Below, piece after piece: positions 63,052 to 64,000 of a stretch of 64,000 bases of DNA. Source of the stretch: Mustelus asterias. Lineage: Eukaryota. The position numbers and the translations under genes were made by a program. Below the pieces are notes generated by a model. It searched no databases. It saw only the letters and a program-made list of their open reading frames with translations, and was not told the DNA's origin. Location of the stretch: assembly GCF_964213995.1 (NCBI RefSeq), contig NW_027590170.1, forward strand, positions 434,001 through 498,000, written 5' to 3'. Within the stretch, counting starts at the first letter, position 1; each line of letters starts with the position of its first letter.

Positions 63052-64000
63052 GCTGCTGCGGATGTTGTTCAATGAAAACATTTCCATTGACATCCAAAGC
63101 TGCTCAGACTTCTGCAGTGAAAGGTGAAAATGCTGGAAAAACTCAGAAAGTCAGACAGCTTCAGTGCACAGGAAAACAAATCTTATATTTTAGCTCCATA
63201 ACCTTTCATTGGGAATAATTGGGAATTTTTAGAAATGTAGGAAGTTTTAAACAAGTGTTATCCAGCAGCATAGCAAGAGGTTTGAGGCCTCTGGCCGGGT
63301 GTAAATCAGGAGAGATTAAATGAGGGAAACAAAGAAATTTAAAGTAATTAAACCACAGATTGGGGCCATTCCTCAGTCCCTTACAGGACTCAGTTGTGTT
63401 GTGGATGAAGGGGAACCTGTGGATGTAATGTACGTAGATTACATTGGAGCCACAGTGATGAGTTGGTGGGTTTTGAAAATTGAAATTTACACGTAGGAAC
63501 ATAGAATTAGGGGCAGAAGTGGCAAATTCACCCCTTCGAGCCTGAACCGTCATGCAATCAGTTCATGACTGATCTCTCCCTGTTCTCAAATCCACCTCCC
63601 TATCTGTTCCAATATCCCCTCATCCCTTTAATTATCAGGAATATATCTGTCTCTTCCTTGAAATCATTTAATGATTCAGACTCAACCGCGCTATAGGGCT
63701 ATGCATTCCACAAATTCACGACCCTCAGTGAGAAGCAGTTCCTCCTCATCTCAGTTTTAAATCTACCACCTCTCAACCTATACATTTGACATGGTGTTCC
63801 CGATTGCGCATAAGAAAAATGATTTTACTTTCTTCAATCCTATTTAGAATTTTATATACCACGATCACTCCCGCATCTTGTGGGAGTATTTCACCTCACT
63901 GTCGATTTCATTTCCCAGCAAGCACAATCGGTGTTGTCATTAGCTGAAGCAGTCACTTATGTTCCATCCAAACTGGACACATTAAGGGATATATGGTAAG

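Overview
Eukaryotic genomic DNA from a cartilaginous fish, most likely a shark (HE1/V-SINE and CR1/HER1 repeat content, IgNAR-like V genes). Most entries in the ORF track are spurious because the real genes are spliced. The window is part of a T-cell receptor alpha/delta V region. Positions 0.4-15.6 kb hold two NAR-TCR cassettes arranged tail-to-tail; each has an IgNAR-like V, a D or D remnant, a J and a leaderless supporting V-delta. The + cassette is intact and the - cassette is pseudogenised. An intact two-exon GPR139-like GPCR follows (20.3-22.9 kb), then six conventional V-alpha/delta segments with 23-RSS (27-51 kb; five with broken V exons, one with an intact V exon but a dead leader), then a tRNA gene/pseudogene cluster (46-63 kb). 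The DNA is dense with nested CR1, Rex/Babar and Penelope-like retroelements and SINEs. Main signal: the two paralogous NAR-TCR cassettes use opposite RSS spacer classes. Cassette 2 is V-23/12-D-23/12-J. Cassette 1 appears to be a germline-fused V(D) with a 12-RSS facing a J whose homologous spacer is 11 bp longer (23-RSS). Also, a copy of the D segment has replaced FR3 inside the cassette-2 V.
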